Numbered from the stretch's first letter, positions 47,874-56,458 are shown. The stretch is DNA of 64,000 nt from an uncultured Alphaproteobacteria bacterium (GCA_902623545.1 CACNUI010000005.1:12622-76621); one strand, 5' to 3'. The notes: generated by a model from the letters alone, not told the origin. Numbers and translations are program-made.

Positions 47874-48053
47874 TTAGATAGATTTTCTTCTGAGTGTCCA
47901 ACCATATCTTTCACTGTAATAAGCTTCAATTCCTTCAGCTAAGTTAAGATCGTAGTTGGAGTCTATAGATCCCTCAAGGACCTTATTCTCAATCGAACTC
48001 TGTTCTAAACCTTCTTTTTGGTTTTTAATGTTTTCTGTTAATTTACTGTTCAT
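47874..48053 (-). CDS. Unannotated 59-aa ORF (MNSKLTENIKNQKEGLEQSSIENKVLEGSIDSNYDLNLAEGIEAYYSERYGWTLRRKSI)
   Basis: ATG to TAA, translated by hand. It is one residue under the ORF-track cutoff. It is divergent from the regulator gene and has its own downstream terminator. No family recognised. Confidence 0.35.
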   Translation of the reverse strand: MNSKLTENIKNQKEGLEQSSIENKVLEGSIDSNYDLNLAEGIEAYYSERYGWTLRRKSI

Positions 48054-48054
48054 A

Positions 48055-48164
48055 ATTTACAATATTTACATTTATATAAAAGTTATTAAAAAAACTAGTA
48101 AATAAGTCATTTTTAATGTAAAGATAATTACTTGATAAAATTTAAAATTGTAAATTTTGTAAAT
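48055..48164. promoter_or_regulatory. Divergent control region with four phased TTGTAAAT boxes
   Basis: ATTTACAA 48055-62 and ATTTACAT 48064-71 are in reverse orientation. TTGTAAAT 48148-55 and 48157-64 are forward. Each pair is 9 bp apart and abuts a start codon. Confidence 0.45.
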
Positions 48165-49602
48165 GAATATAGAAGATGATATAAATTTAGGTCCAAGATT
48201 AAAAAAACAAAGGATTAGCAAGGGTTTTTCCCAAGCTAAATTATCGAAGTCCATTGGAATATCACCTAGCTATTTAAATTTGATAGAAAGCGGGAAACGT
48301 AAAATACCTCTTTCGTTGTTAATAAAAGCTTCCGAGGAACTAGATTTATCAATAAAGGACTTTTCTACAGAATCTAATAAACGACTACTTTCAGATGTTA
48401 TGGATGTTTTGAGTAATGAAATTTTTGATGATCTTAAAATTACTAACCATGACACTAGTAATTTTATTGGATCCAATCCGAACATTGCAAAAGCACTATT
48501 AACGATAAATGATTCATTTAAAAGTTTTAAAGAGGATATGCAGAATCGTCTTGAAACGATGGATATTAATTCTGGCAAAATAGAAAAACCAACGAGACTT
48601 CCAGTTGAAATAGTTTCAGATATTTTGCAAGAGAATAAAAATTATTTTCATGATCTAGAAATAAGTTCAGAAAAATTAAGAAAAGAAATAGGGCTTAAAA
48701 TAGGTCCAAATATTGGATCGGGTTCAAAACTAACACAATATCTTCAATCAAAGCATGGTATCAAAGTTTCAATAGTAACAATTGATAAAGATGAAAAAAT
48801 AGTCAAACGCTATGATGAAAAAAATAAAACATATTATTTGTCTGAAATGCTAACATACACTTCAAGAAACTTTCATTTAGCTTCTCAAGTTGCTTATTTA
48901 GAAGCTACCGAAGTAATAGACAAGGTAATCAAAGAAAATAATGTTGAGTCGGAGGAGGTCGTTCCTTTGCTTAAACTTTCATTATTAAATTACTATGCAG
49001 CCGCATTTATGATGCCTTATGATGATTTTTTAAAAAGTGCAAAACTTCATAGATATGATATAGAAATTTTAATGCACCATTATGCTTGTAGCTTTGAGCA
49101 AGTTACACATAGACTAACAAATCTACAGAGACCAGGTAATGCAGGTGTTCCATTTCATTTTTTAAAAACAGATATTGCAGGAAATGTTTCTAAAAGATTT
49201 TCTCTTTCAGGAATTCATATTCCCAGACATGGAGGATCATGTCCAAGATGGAATGTTTACACTGCATTTTTAAATCCAGGAAAAATTCACCCACAAATTT
49301 CAAAAATGCCTGATGGAAAAGTCTATTTTTGTATTGCAAGAGCATTTGAAAAAGGGATTGAAAAACATGGCATGCCAAAAAGTTTTGTTTCTATTGGCCT
49401 AGGATGTGACATGAAATATGCAAAAGATTTGGTTTATTCTGAAGGAATTGACCTCGCAAATAAGAAGTTACAAATGCCAATTGGTGTTTCTTGTAGAATA
49501 TGTCCAAGGGTCGAATGTCAACAAAGAGCATTTCCACCAATCGATAAAGAGTTGAAGCTTGATATCAAGTATAGAGGGACATCTCCATACGTAACGATTT
49601 AG
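48163..49602 (+). CDS. XRE-HTH transcription regulator with ImmA-like and DUF2083 domains (short-chain acyl-CoA regulator family: RamB / PrpR / ScfR type)
   Basis: 479 aa. N-terminal LGPRLKKQRISKGFSQAKLSKSIGISPSYLNLIESGKR, central HHYACSFEQVTHRLTNLQRPG, and a C-terminal Cys set including CRICPRVECQQRAFPP. Confidence 0.8.
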   Translation: MNIEDDINLGPRLKKQRISKGFSQAKLSKSIGISPSYLNLIESGKRKIPLSLLIKASEELDLSIKDFSTESNKRLLSDVMDVLSNEIFDDLKITNHDTSNFIGSNPNIAKALLTINDSFKSFKEDMQNRLETMDINSGKIEKPTRLPVEIVSDILQENKNYFHDLEISSEKLRKEIGLKIGPNIGSGSKLTQYLQSKHGIKVSIVTIDKDEKIVKRYDEKNKTYYLSEMLTYTSRNFHLASQVAYLEATEVIDKVIKENNVESEEVVPLLKLSLLNYYAAAFMMPYDDFLKSAKLHRYDIEILMHHYACSFEQVTHRLTNLQRPGNAGVPFHFLKTDIAGNVSKRFSLSGIHIPRHGGSCPRWNVYTAFLNPGKIHPQISKMPDGKVYFCIARAFEKGIEKHGMPKSFVSIGLGCDMKYAKDLVYSEGIDLANKKLQMPIGVSCRICPRVECQQRAFPPIDKELKLDIKYRGTSPYVTI

Positions 49603-50606
49603 ATCTTAACTAACATCTTCCCTATATTTTTTCCATTAAGTAAATCAATAAACGCTTTAGGAGCATTTTCTAAACCCTCGTAAACTGTCTCTTTAAATTT
49701 TATTTTGTTATTTTTTAACCAATCTTTCATATCGGTTTCAAATGGCTCATTATCATTTTCATGATCAAATATTAAAAATCCTTTTATGGTTAATCTTTTC
49801 ACAAGAACATGAGCCATATTTTTTAAACCACTTGGGGGTGTTGTTACATTCATCTGAGATATTCTGCCACAAATGACTATTCTTCCAAAGTTTTTCATTC
49901 TGAATATTGCAGATTCTAAAAAATCACCACCAACGTTATCAAAATATAGATCAAAACCTTCAGGACATATTTCTTTAAAATGCAGAACAAGATTTGCAAC
50001 TTTATTATAATTAAATGCGTGATCTACGTTTAGTTCATTTTTTAACCAATTAACTTTTTCATCAGAGCCAGTACTTGCATAAACAGTGCAACCTAAATTT
50101 TTAGCAATTTGACATACTGTCGATCCAACACTGCCACCAGCTGATGAAACAAGCACGGATTGTCCAGCTTTTAATTTCCCATAATTAAATAGACCTATAT
50201 AAGCTGTTTGTCCTGTCATGCCTAATGGACCTAAGTAAGATTGAATAGGCAAATCTGTAGAAGGAATTTTTTTTAATTGATCACTATTACAAACAAAATT
50301 ATCTCTCATTCCAAAATTGCTAAAAACAGTATCACCTATTTTAAAATTATCATCATCTGACTCTTGAACTGAACCAATTGCATAACCCTCCATTTCTTCA
50401 CCTAATTTAAATGGTGGTTTATAATTTTTTCTCTCTGTCATTCTTGCTCTCATATAAGGATCAACAGAAATCCAAGAATTTAAAACGTGAATATTATTTT
50501 TGTTATTTAATTTAATTTCTTTTGTTTTTATTTCAAAATCATCTTCTGATGGTAGTCCTTGGGGAATATAATTTTTTAATGCAACATATTTACAAGTTTT
50601 TGTCAT
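49599..50606 (-). CDS. NADP-dependent medium-chain oxidoreductase (alkenal/enone reductase, YncB/CurA/PTGR-like)
   Basis: 335 aa. VSSAGGSVGSTVCQIAK nucleotide motif. Last gene of the BKACE-lcdH operon. Confidence 0.7.
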   Translation of the reverse strand: MTKTCKYVALKNYIPQGLPSEDDFEIKTKEIKLNNKNNIHVLNSWISVDPYMRARMTERKNYKPPFKLGEEMEGYAIGSVQESDDDNFKIGDTVFSNFGMRDNFVCNSDQLKKIPSTDLPIQSYLGPLGMTGQTAYIGLFNYGKLKAGQSVLVSSAGGSVGSTVCQIAKNLGCTVYASTGSDEKVNWLKNELNVDHAFNYNKVANLVLHFKEICPEGFDLYFDNVGGDFLESAIFRMKNFGRIVICGRISQMNVTTPPSGLKNMAHVLVKRLTIKGFLIFDHENDNEPFETDMKDWLKNNKIKFKETVYEGLENAPKAFIDLLNGKNIGKMLVKI

Positions 50607-50608
50607 AT

Positions 50609-51538
50609 CTATAATTTATATTTTTTCTTTAATTCAATCAAATCAATTAAAAAGTTATCTCTTATATTACTTAGTTTATTAATAGATAATTTTTTAGATT
50701 GTATAGCAGTTCCATTAATTATTTTTTGTTTTAATTTTTTATTTAATTTAGGAGATTTTAATTTTGTCCAAGGAAGCTTTAAGGCTGGTCCAAACTGATC
50801 TAACATATGTTTCATTCCTAATTCACCTCCAGCTAAATGAAATGTCAGAAATGTACCCATTAAGGCCCAACGCATACCAGGTCCGTAAGTGATCGCATCA
50901 TCTAAATCTTTAGTTGTTCCGTAACCATCATTAATTATGTGCAATCCCTCTCTCCATAATGCTTCTTGCAACCTATCAGATAGAAATCCTGGTAGTTCTT
51001 TTTCCACCAACAGAGTTTTCATTTTAATCTTTTTATAAAATGTATTTGCTCTCTTAAAATGAATTTTACTCGTCTTGTTGCCTTTAACTATTTCAACTAA
51101 AGGCAAAATATAAACAGGATTAAAGGGGTGAGCAATCATAAACCTTTGCGGATTAATACATTCTGCTTGCAATTTTGAAGGTAATAATCCAGAAGAGCTT
51201 GAAGCTATAATTGATTGTTTTGGTGCAAATTTACTAATATCTTTTATAACTTTTTTTTTTAATTCTAATCTTTCAGGAATATTTTCTTGAATTAGATCAG
51301 AATTCTTAACTGCCTCAGCTAAATTATTAGTAAAATTAAGATTTTTTAAGTTAATTTTTCTTTTGTATAATTTTTGAATAATTTTTTTAGTTCTAGCTAT
51401 TTCTTTTTTAAGATATTCTATTTGTTTTTTATTTTTATCAAAAGCTGTAACCTTTTTATTACATGCTAAAAAACGCAATATCCAACCAGTACCTATAACA
51501 CCAGTTCCTATTACAGAAATATTTTTGATTTTTTTCAA
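50609..51538 (-). CDS. lcdH: L-carnitine dehydrogenase (3-hydroxyacyl-CoA dehydrogenase fold)
   Basis: 309 aa. VIGTGVIGTGW, AHPFNPVYILPLVE and PGFLSDRLQEALWREGLHIINDG...GPGMRWALMGTFLTFHLAGGELGMKHMLDQFGPALKLPWT match my recollection of LcdH/CdhC. Confidence 0.75.
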   Translation of the reverse strand: MKKIKNISVIGTGVIGTGWILRFLACNKKVTAFDKNKKQIEYLKKEIARTKKIIQKLYKRKINLKNLNFTNNLAEAVKNSDLIQENIPERLELKKKVIKDISKFAPKQSIIASSSSGLLPSKLQAECINPQRFMIAHPFNPVYILPLVEIVKGNKTSKIHFKRANTFYKKIKMKTLLVEKELPGFLSDRLQEALWREGLHIINDGYGTTKDLDDAITYGPGMRWALMGTFLTFHLAGGELGMKHMLDQFGPALKLPWTKLKSPKLNKKLKQKIINGTAIQSKKLSINKLSNIRDNFLIDLIELKKKYKL

Positions 51539-51539
51539 A

Positions 51540-52430
51540 CTAAAAATGTTTTTTTAATTTTAATTTTTCTCTAACCTGTTCAGGATTAAGTATAGATGAT
51601 CCTAAATCTTCAACAATGCATCTAGCTTTTTCAACAAGTTGAGCATTAGAGGCAAAAACACCTTTTTTAAGATAAAGATTGTCTTCTAGCCCTACTCTTA
51701 CGTTTCCACCTAAAATCACTGCCTGTGCTGCCATTGGCATTTGAGTTCTTCCAATACCAAATCCAGCCCAGAAGCCTTCTTTGGGAACCATGTCAGCCAT
51801 TGCTTTCATTGCTGTTGTTGTAGCTGGAGATCCCCATGGGATTCCAAGACATATTTGATAAAGGGGAGGTCCATCAATTAAACCTTCTTTATAAAGTTGA
51901 TTGGCAAACCATAAGTGACCCATTTCAAAAGCTTCCATTTCTGGCTTAACTCCCAGCTCTTGCATTTTTTTTGCAGCAGATCGAAGTTGCATTGGAGTAT
52001 GAACAAATGTCATATTAGAGTCACCAAAGTTAAGTGTGCCACAATCTAAAGTACACATTTCAGGAAGTAATTCTTCCACATGCTCCAACCTACTCAAAGC
52101 ATCAATCATATCTGTATTTGATCCAACTGGGTTAAGAGGATCTTTACCTGTTCCAATTTCAAAATCTCCACCCATTCCTGTTGTGAAATTTAGAACTACA
52201 TCCGTATCTGAAGATCTTATTCGATCTGCAACTTCTTTATAATATTCCAATTTTCTTGATGGTTTTCCATCTGGCTCTCTTACATGAATGTGCGCTATTG
52301 CAGCTCCCGCTTTTGCTGCTTCAATAGAAGCATCTGCTATTTGTTTTGGTGTTATAGGTAATTCTGGGTGTTTGTTCGCTGTATCTCCAGAGCCAGTAAC
52401 TGCACAAGAAATTATCACTTCATTATTCAT
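51540..52430 (-). CDS. Beta-keto acid cleavage enzyme (BKACE/DUF849), dehydrocarnitine cleavage candidate
   Basis: 296 aa. [10 protein letters not shown]...[35 protein letters not shown] is the BKACE N-terminal signature. Confidence 0.75.
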   Translation of the reverse strand: MNNEVIISCAVTGSGDTANKHPELPITPKQIADASIEAAKAGAAIAHIHVREPDGKPSRKLEYYKEVADRIRSSDTDVVLNFTTGMGGDFEIGTGKDPLNPVGSNTDMIDALSRLEHVEELLPEMCTLDCGTLNFGDSNMTFVHTPMQLRSAAKKMQELGVKPEMEAFEMGHLWFANQLYKEGLIDGPPLYQICLGIPWGSPATTTAMKAMADMVPKEGFWAGFGIGRTQMPMAAQAVILGGNVRVGLEDNLYLKKGVFASNAQLVEKARCIVEDLGSSILNPEQVREKLKLKKHF

Positions 52431-52472
52431 TTTTTTAATCTACTAGTATATTTATAATTATAAAAGAAAATT

Positions 52473-52940
52473 ATGAAAATATACTTAAATTCAGGAAAAG
52501 TTAAAAAAGAATGGACTGATTATAATGGTCATATGAATCTAGCTTTTTATATTCATTTATTTGATGCAGGTTGGGAAGTGTTACTTAAAAAATTTAATAT
52601 GGGAGAAGATTCAGCAAAAATAGAAAAGAAAACTACCTTTGCAGTTGAGTCTCATACAACTTATGACAAAGAAGTTAAAGAAGGAGATGAAGTAGATATT
52701 AACTTATTATTTTTAGATAGAGATAAAAAAAGATTAATCTATAAGTTGGAGATGACTCATAAAGAAGAAGGTTATAGAGCTGCAACAACAGAAGTATGCT
52801 CATTATATGTAGATCTAAATATTAGGAAAGTAGCAGAAATAGAACAAGAAAAGCAAAGCATTATAGATAATTTTATTGAAAATAATAAAAGTAGTTTTAA
52901 TCCGGGTGATTTATACTTAATTCATAAATTAAAAAAATAA
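52473..52940 (+). CDS. 4HBT/YbgC-type hot-dog thioesterase (betainyl-CoA thioesterase candidate)
   Basis: 155 aa. WTDYNGHMNLAFYIHLFD active-site context. Divergent from the BKACE operon across 42 nt. Confidence 0.6.
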   Translation: MKIYLNSGKVKKEWTDYNGHMNLAFYIHLFDAGWEVLLKKFNMGEDSAKIEKKTTFAVESHTTYDKEVKEGDEVDINLLFLDRDKKRLIYKLEMTHKEEGYRAATTEVCSLYVDLNIRKVAEIEQEKQSIIDNFIENNKSSFNPGDLYLIHKLKK

Positions 52941-53504
52941 TTATAAATTTCTATAGGGAGTTCTATTAAAAATTCTTTGAACCATTGGAACAAATTCTTT
53001 TAATGGTATTGTATCGTAGTTTGGATCAAAAGATGCTTGATCCCATCTTTCACAAAAATTGATTGTATCTTGAAAGTGTTCATGACCTTTAAATTTATCT
53101 CTAAGATTTCTATCTTTACCATAATGGTGATTATAGTAATAAGCTTGAAATAAACCGTGTTGCTCGACAATCCATCTTGTTTTTTCAGAGACAAACGGTT
53201 TTAAAACTGCTGCTGCAAGTTCAGAATGATTAAGAGGTGCTATCTCATCTCCAATATCATGCAATAAAGATGCAACTACCATTTCTTCAGAAGCTTCCTC
53301 TCGTAAAGCTCTAGATGCAGTTTGAAGTGAATGTTCTAATCTTGAAACTTGATAACCACCAAGAGATTTATCTAGGCCTTCTAAAACTCTTACTATTCTA
53401 TCCGCAGTACCTTCTATGAATTTATCCTCAAAATTTGCTAGAAGTTCATAGTCTTCTTTATCGCCATGTTTCATTTCAGTGAATTTTACTTCATCTTTAG
53501 TCAT
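52941..53504 (-). CDS. HD-domain metalloprotein (possible MIOX/PhnZ/TmpB-like diiron oxygenase class)
   Basis: 187 aa. H58, H82-D83, H93, H116 and D155 give a six-ligand H...HD...H...H...D pattern. ERWDQASFDPNYD lies near the C-terminus. Confidence 0.55.
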   Translation of the reverse strand: MTKDEVKFTEMKHGDKEDYELLANFEDKFIEGTADRIVRVLEGLDKSLGGYQVSRLEHSLQTASRALREEASEEMVVASLLHDIGDEIAPLNHSELAAAVLKPFVSEKTRWIVEQHGLFQAYYYNHHYGKDRNLRDKFKGHEHFQDTINFCERWDQASFDPNYDTIPLKEFVPMVQRIFNRTPYRNL

Positions 53505-53532
53505 GTTCTAATTATACATATTTTCAATTAAT

Positions 53533-54460
53533 ATGAAACTAATTCCTGAATGGCATGATCACCAATATTGTCTTATTGCTTGGCCATGCAATAAAGACCT
53601 TTATGGTAAAGTAATTAATAAAGCCAGAGATGAAGTAGCCAATGTTATTAACGAAATTGCAAAAACTGAACATGTAATTGTCTTATCAAACAAAGAAAAC
53701 ATAAATGAAATCCAAAATAAAACAGATCATAAAAATATAGATATTGTAGAATGTAAATTAGATGATTCTTGGATGCGAGATATAGCACCAATTTTTTATA
53801 ATGAAGATCAAAAATTAAAATCAATCAGTTTTGAATTTAATGGTTATGGAAAGTATCCAGATTATTTTAATGATAATAAAATATCAAAATTTATTTCAAA
53901 CTATTTAAATATTCCAACAAAAACCTCCGACCTTGTTATTGAGGGAGGAGCAATCACCTATGATGATAAAAAAAATTTATTCAGCACAAAAAGTGTAATA
54001 TTTAATAAAAATAGAAAACAAAAACATAGTAGTGAATATATTATTAAAGAATTTAAAATCTTATTTGATTTAAATCACATTTTTTTGTTTGAAAATGGTC
54101 TAAAGGATGACGATACTGATGGGCATGTTGATAATTTATTATGCCCTATTGGAAAAAATAAATATTTAATAGCTACAACTCACAAATTAGATCCTAATTA
54201 TGAAATATTAGAAAAAAACAAAGCTGACCTTATTAACTTTTTTAAAGATACTAATCAGATATATGAGCTCATATATAAATTTTTATTTCAGTAAAAATAA
54301 AATTATTCTACCTAAATTCAATGTTTACGAAGACAAAGAGGTTAAAATTATTTTTGAAGAATTATTCCCAAATAGAGAAATTATTATGTTGCAAACTGAA
54401 AATATAAATTATGGTGGAGGAAATATTCATTGCATAACGATGAATGTTCCAAAAATATGA
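53533..54460 (+). pseudogene. aguA: Agmatine deiminase split by a frameshift (or a sequencing error) into ORFs 53533..54294 and 54263..54460
   Basis: N-terminal part has EWHDHQYCLIAWP, DSWMRD and DGHVDN. The C-terminal part, in the +1 frame, has SYINFYF...GGGNIHCITMNVP. The only window open in both frames is 54212-54294. Confidence 0.75.
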
Positions 54461-55314
54461 AAGTAAAAGTAGCAACATCACAATTTAGAGCCCTTAAGGG
54501 AGATTTTGATGCTAATTTAAATAAAGCAATTAATTTAGTTGAAAAAGCTTCTGAAGAAAATGTTGATATTTTACTTCTGCAAGAATTATTTCAAGGTTAT
54601 TATTTTTGTTCAACAAAAAATGATAAATTTTTTAATTTTGCAATTGATTATCCATCTAATCCAATGTTTGAAAAATTTTCTAACATCTGTAGAGAAAAAA
54701 AAATTTCATTACCAATTAGTTTTTTCCAAAAGAAAGAAAATAAGTATTTCAATTCTTTAGTTATGATTGATTCTTTTGGTAAAATAAGTGACGTATATAA
54801 TAAATCGCATATACCTGAAGGACCTGGATATAATGAGAAGTATTATTTTGAAAAAGGCAATACAGGTTTTATGGTTTTTGATACACCAAAAGCAAAAGTT
54901 GGCTGTGCAATTTGTTGGGATCAGTGGTTTCCTGAATGTGCAAGAATATTAACATTGAAGGGTGCAGATTTAATTTTATATCCATCAGCAATTGGTTCTG
55001 AACCACACATGCCTGAATTAGACTCAAAGGATCATTGGATTAATACAATGGTTGGACATGCTGCTGCAAATCAAATTCCCATAATAGCTTCAAATAGAAT
55101 AGGGAAGGAGTCCGAAGCTAATATTGAATTAAATTTTTATGGTAATTCATTTATTTTGGATCATCTTGGAAATGTAATAAATCAGATGAATGATAAAGAT
55201 GAGGGCATAATAACTGCGACTTTAGATTTGTTAATTTCAAGAGAATATAGAAAATTATGGGGTAACTTTAGAGATAGAAGGCCTGATCTATATAAAAAAA
55301 TTCTCGATTTTTAA
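54457..55314 (+). CDS. aguB: N-carbamoylputrescine amidohydrolase (CN-hydrolase family)
   Basis: I trimmed to the ATG at 54457, which forms an ATGA overlap with the aguA stop. LLQELF (Glu), YNKSHIP (Lys) and CAICWDQWFPE (Cys) form the nitrilase triad. Confidence 0.85.
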   Translation: MKVKVATSQFRALKGDFDANLNKAINLVEKASEENVDILLLQELFQGYYFCSTKNDKFFNFAIDYPSNPMFEKFSNICREKKISLPISFFQKKENKYFNSLVMIDSFGKISDVYNKSHIPEGPGYNEKYYFEKGNTGFMVFDTPKAKVGCAICWDQWFPECARILTLKGADLILYPSAIGSEPHMPELDSKDHWINTMVGHAAANQIPIIASNRIGKESEANIELNFYGNSFILDHLGNVINQMNDKDEGIITATLDLLISREYRKLWGNFRDRRPDLYKKILDF

Positions 55315-55354
55315 TTTATTTTATTTAATGTATTTTTTATTTAGGAGGGGAATA

Positions 55355-56407
55355 ATGCTTAAGTATTTTATATCTCTATTAGTTTTAATTTCTTTTTCAG
55401 CTCAGGCTAAAGAGGAATTATTTATTTACAATTGGTCTGATTATATTGCTGAAGATACAATTGAAAATTTCGAAAATGAATTTGGCATTGATGTAACTTA
55501 TGATGTTTTTGATTCAAACGAAGTTCTTGAAGCTAAACTTTTAGCTGGTGGTTCAGGTTATGATATTGTGGTGCCTTCAGGCTCTTTTTTAGAAAATCAA
55601 ATCAAGGCTGGAGTTTTTCAAAAACTTGATAAGGCTCAACTTTCAAACATTGGTAATTTAGATCCCGATGTACTAGCAAAAATTGATGCACATGATCCAG
55701 GAGGTCAATACTCGATAAATTATATGTATGGTACTACAGGTATTGGCTATAATACTGATAAAGTTGATGAAAATGATATTACAAGTTGGAGCATTTTGTT
55801 TGATCCAGCTATTGCATCAAAATATGCAGATTGTGGAATCGCAATGTTGGATGCTCCTACAGAGGTTATGGAAATCGCTTTAAAATACGTTGGAAAAGAT
55901 CCTTATACAGAGGATGAGAAAGATTATGAGGTTGCTCTTGAAATGTTACAGCAAATAAGACCTTACATAAGATATTTTGATTCTTCTCAATATATCGATG
56001 ATTTAGCAAATGGAGAGATCTGTTTAACTATGGGTTGGTCAGGTGACGTTTTTCTAGCTGCAGATGAAGCTGCAGATGGAGTAGAAGCTTGGTACTCAAT
56101 TCCATCTGAAGGAACTGTAATATGGTTTGATATGATGGCTATTCCAGCTGATGCAAAAAATGTTGAGAATGCACACAAATTTATAAATTATATTTTAAGA
56201 CCTCAAGTTGCTGCTGATATTACAAATTACGTTTGGTATTCAAATCCAAATAAAGCAGCCAATGAACTAGTTGATCCTGAAATTTTTGAAGATCCTGCTA
56301 TTTATCCAGATGAAGCAACTTTAAGTATGCTTTTTGCTGATACTGCAGACTCTCCGAAAAAATCTAAATTATCAACTAAATATTTTAATAAATTTAAAGC
56401 AAATTAA
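55355..56407 (+). CDS. Spermidine/putrescine ABC transporter periplasmic binding protein (PotD/PotF family)
   Basis: I trimmed to the ATG at 55355, which lies 4 nt after AGGAGGGG. Signal peptide MLKYFISLLVLISFSAQA, then LFIYNWSDYIAEDTIENFE. Confidence 0.85.
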   Translation: MLKYFISLLVLISFSAQAKEELFIYNWSDYIAEDTIENFENEFGIDVTYDVFDSNEVLEAKLLAGGSGYDIVVPSGSFLENQIKAGVFQKLDKAQLSNIGNLDPDVLAKIDAHDPGGQYSINYMYGTTGIGYNTDKVDENDITSWSILFDPAIASKYADCGIAMLDAPTEVMEIALKYVGKDPYTEDEKDYEVALEMLQQIRPYIRYFDSSQYIDDLANGEICLTMGWSGDVFLAADEAADGVEAWYSIPSEGTVIWFDMMAIPADAKNVENAHKFINYILRPQVAADITNYVWYSNPNKAANELVDPEIFEDPAIYPDEATLSMLFADTADSPKKSKLSTKYFNKFKAN

Positions 56408-56422
56408 AAAATATACTTCATT

Positions 56423-56452
56423 TCAGCACTAATATATTAATATTAGTGCTGA
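56423..56452 (+). terminator. Intercistronic hairpin between the SBP and ATPase genes (13-bp perfect stem, 4-nt loop)
   Basis: TCAGCACTAATAT-atta-ATATTAGTGCTGA, read directly. It is followed by TTTAAG and then the potA/G-like ATG at 56459. Confidence 0.5.
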
Positions 56453-56458
56453 TTTAAG

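Noticed and set aside
47840-47877. A strong SD-like AAGGAGG on the plus strand (47840-47846) followed by a mini-ORF ATG CCT AAG AAT TAG (47863-47877).
   Set aside because: The spacing to the ATG is about 16 nt, the ORF is 4 codons, and no plus-strand gene follows. The purine-rich run is more simply part of the 3-prime region of the minus-strand small transcript.
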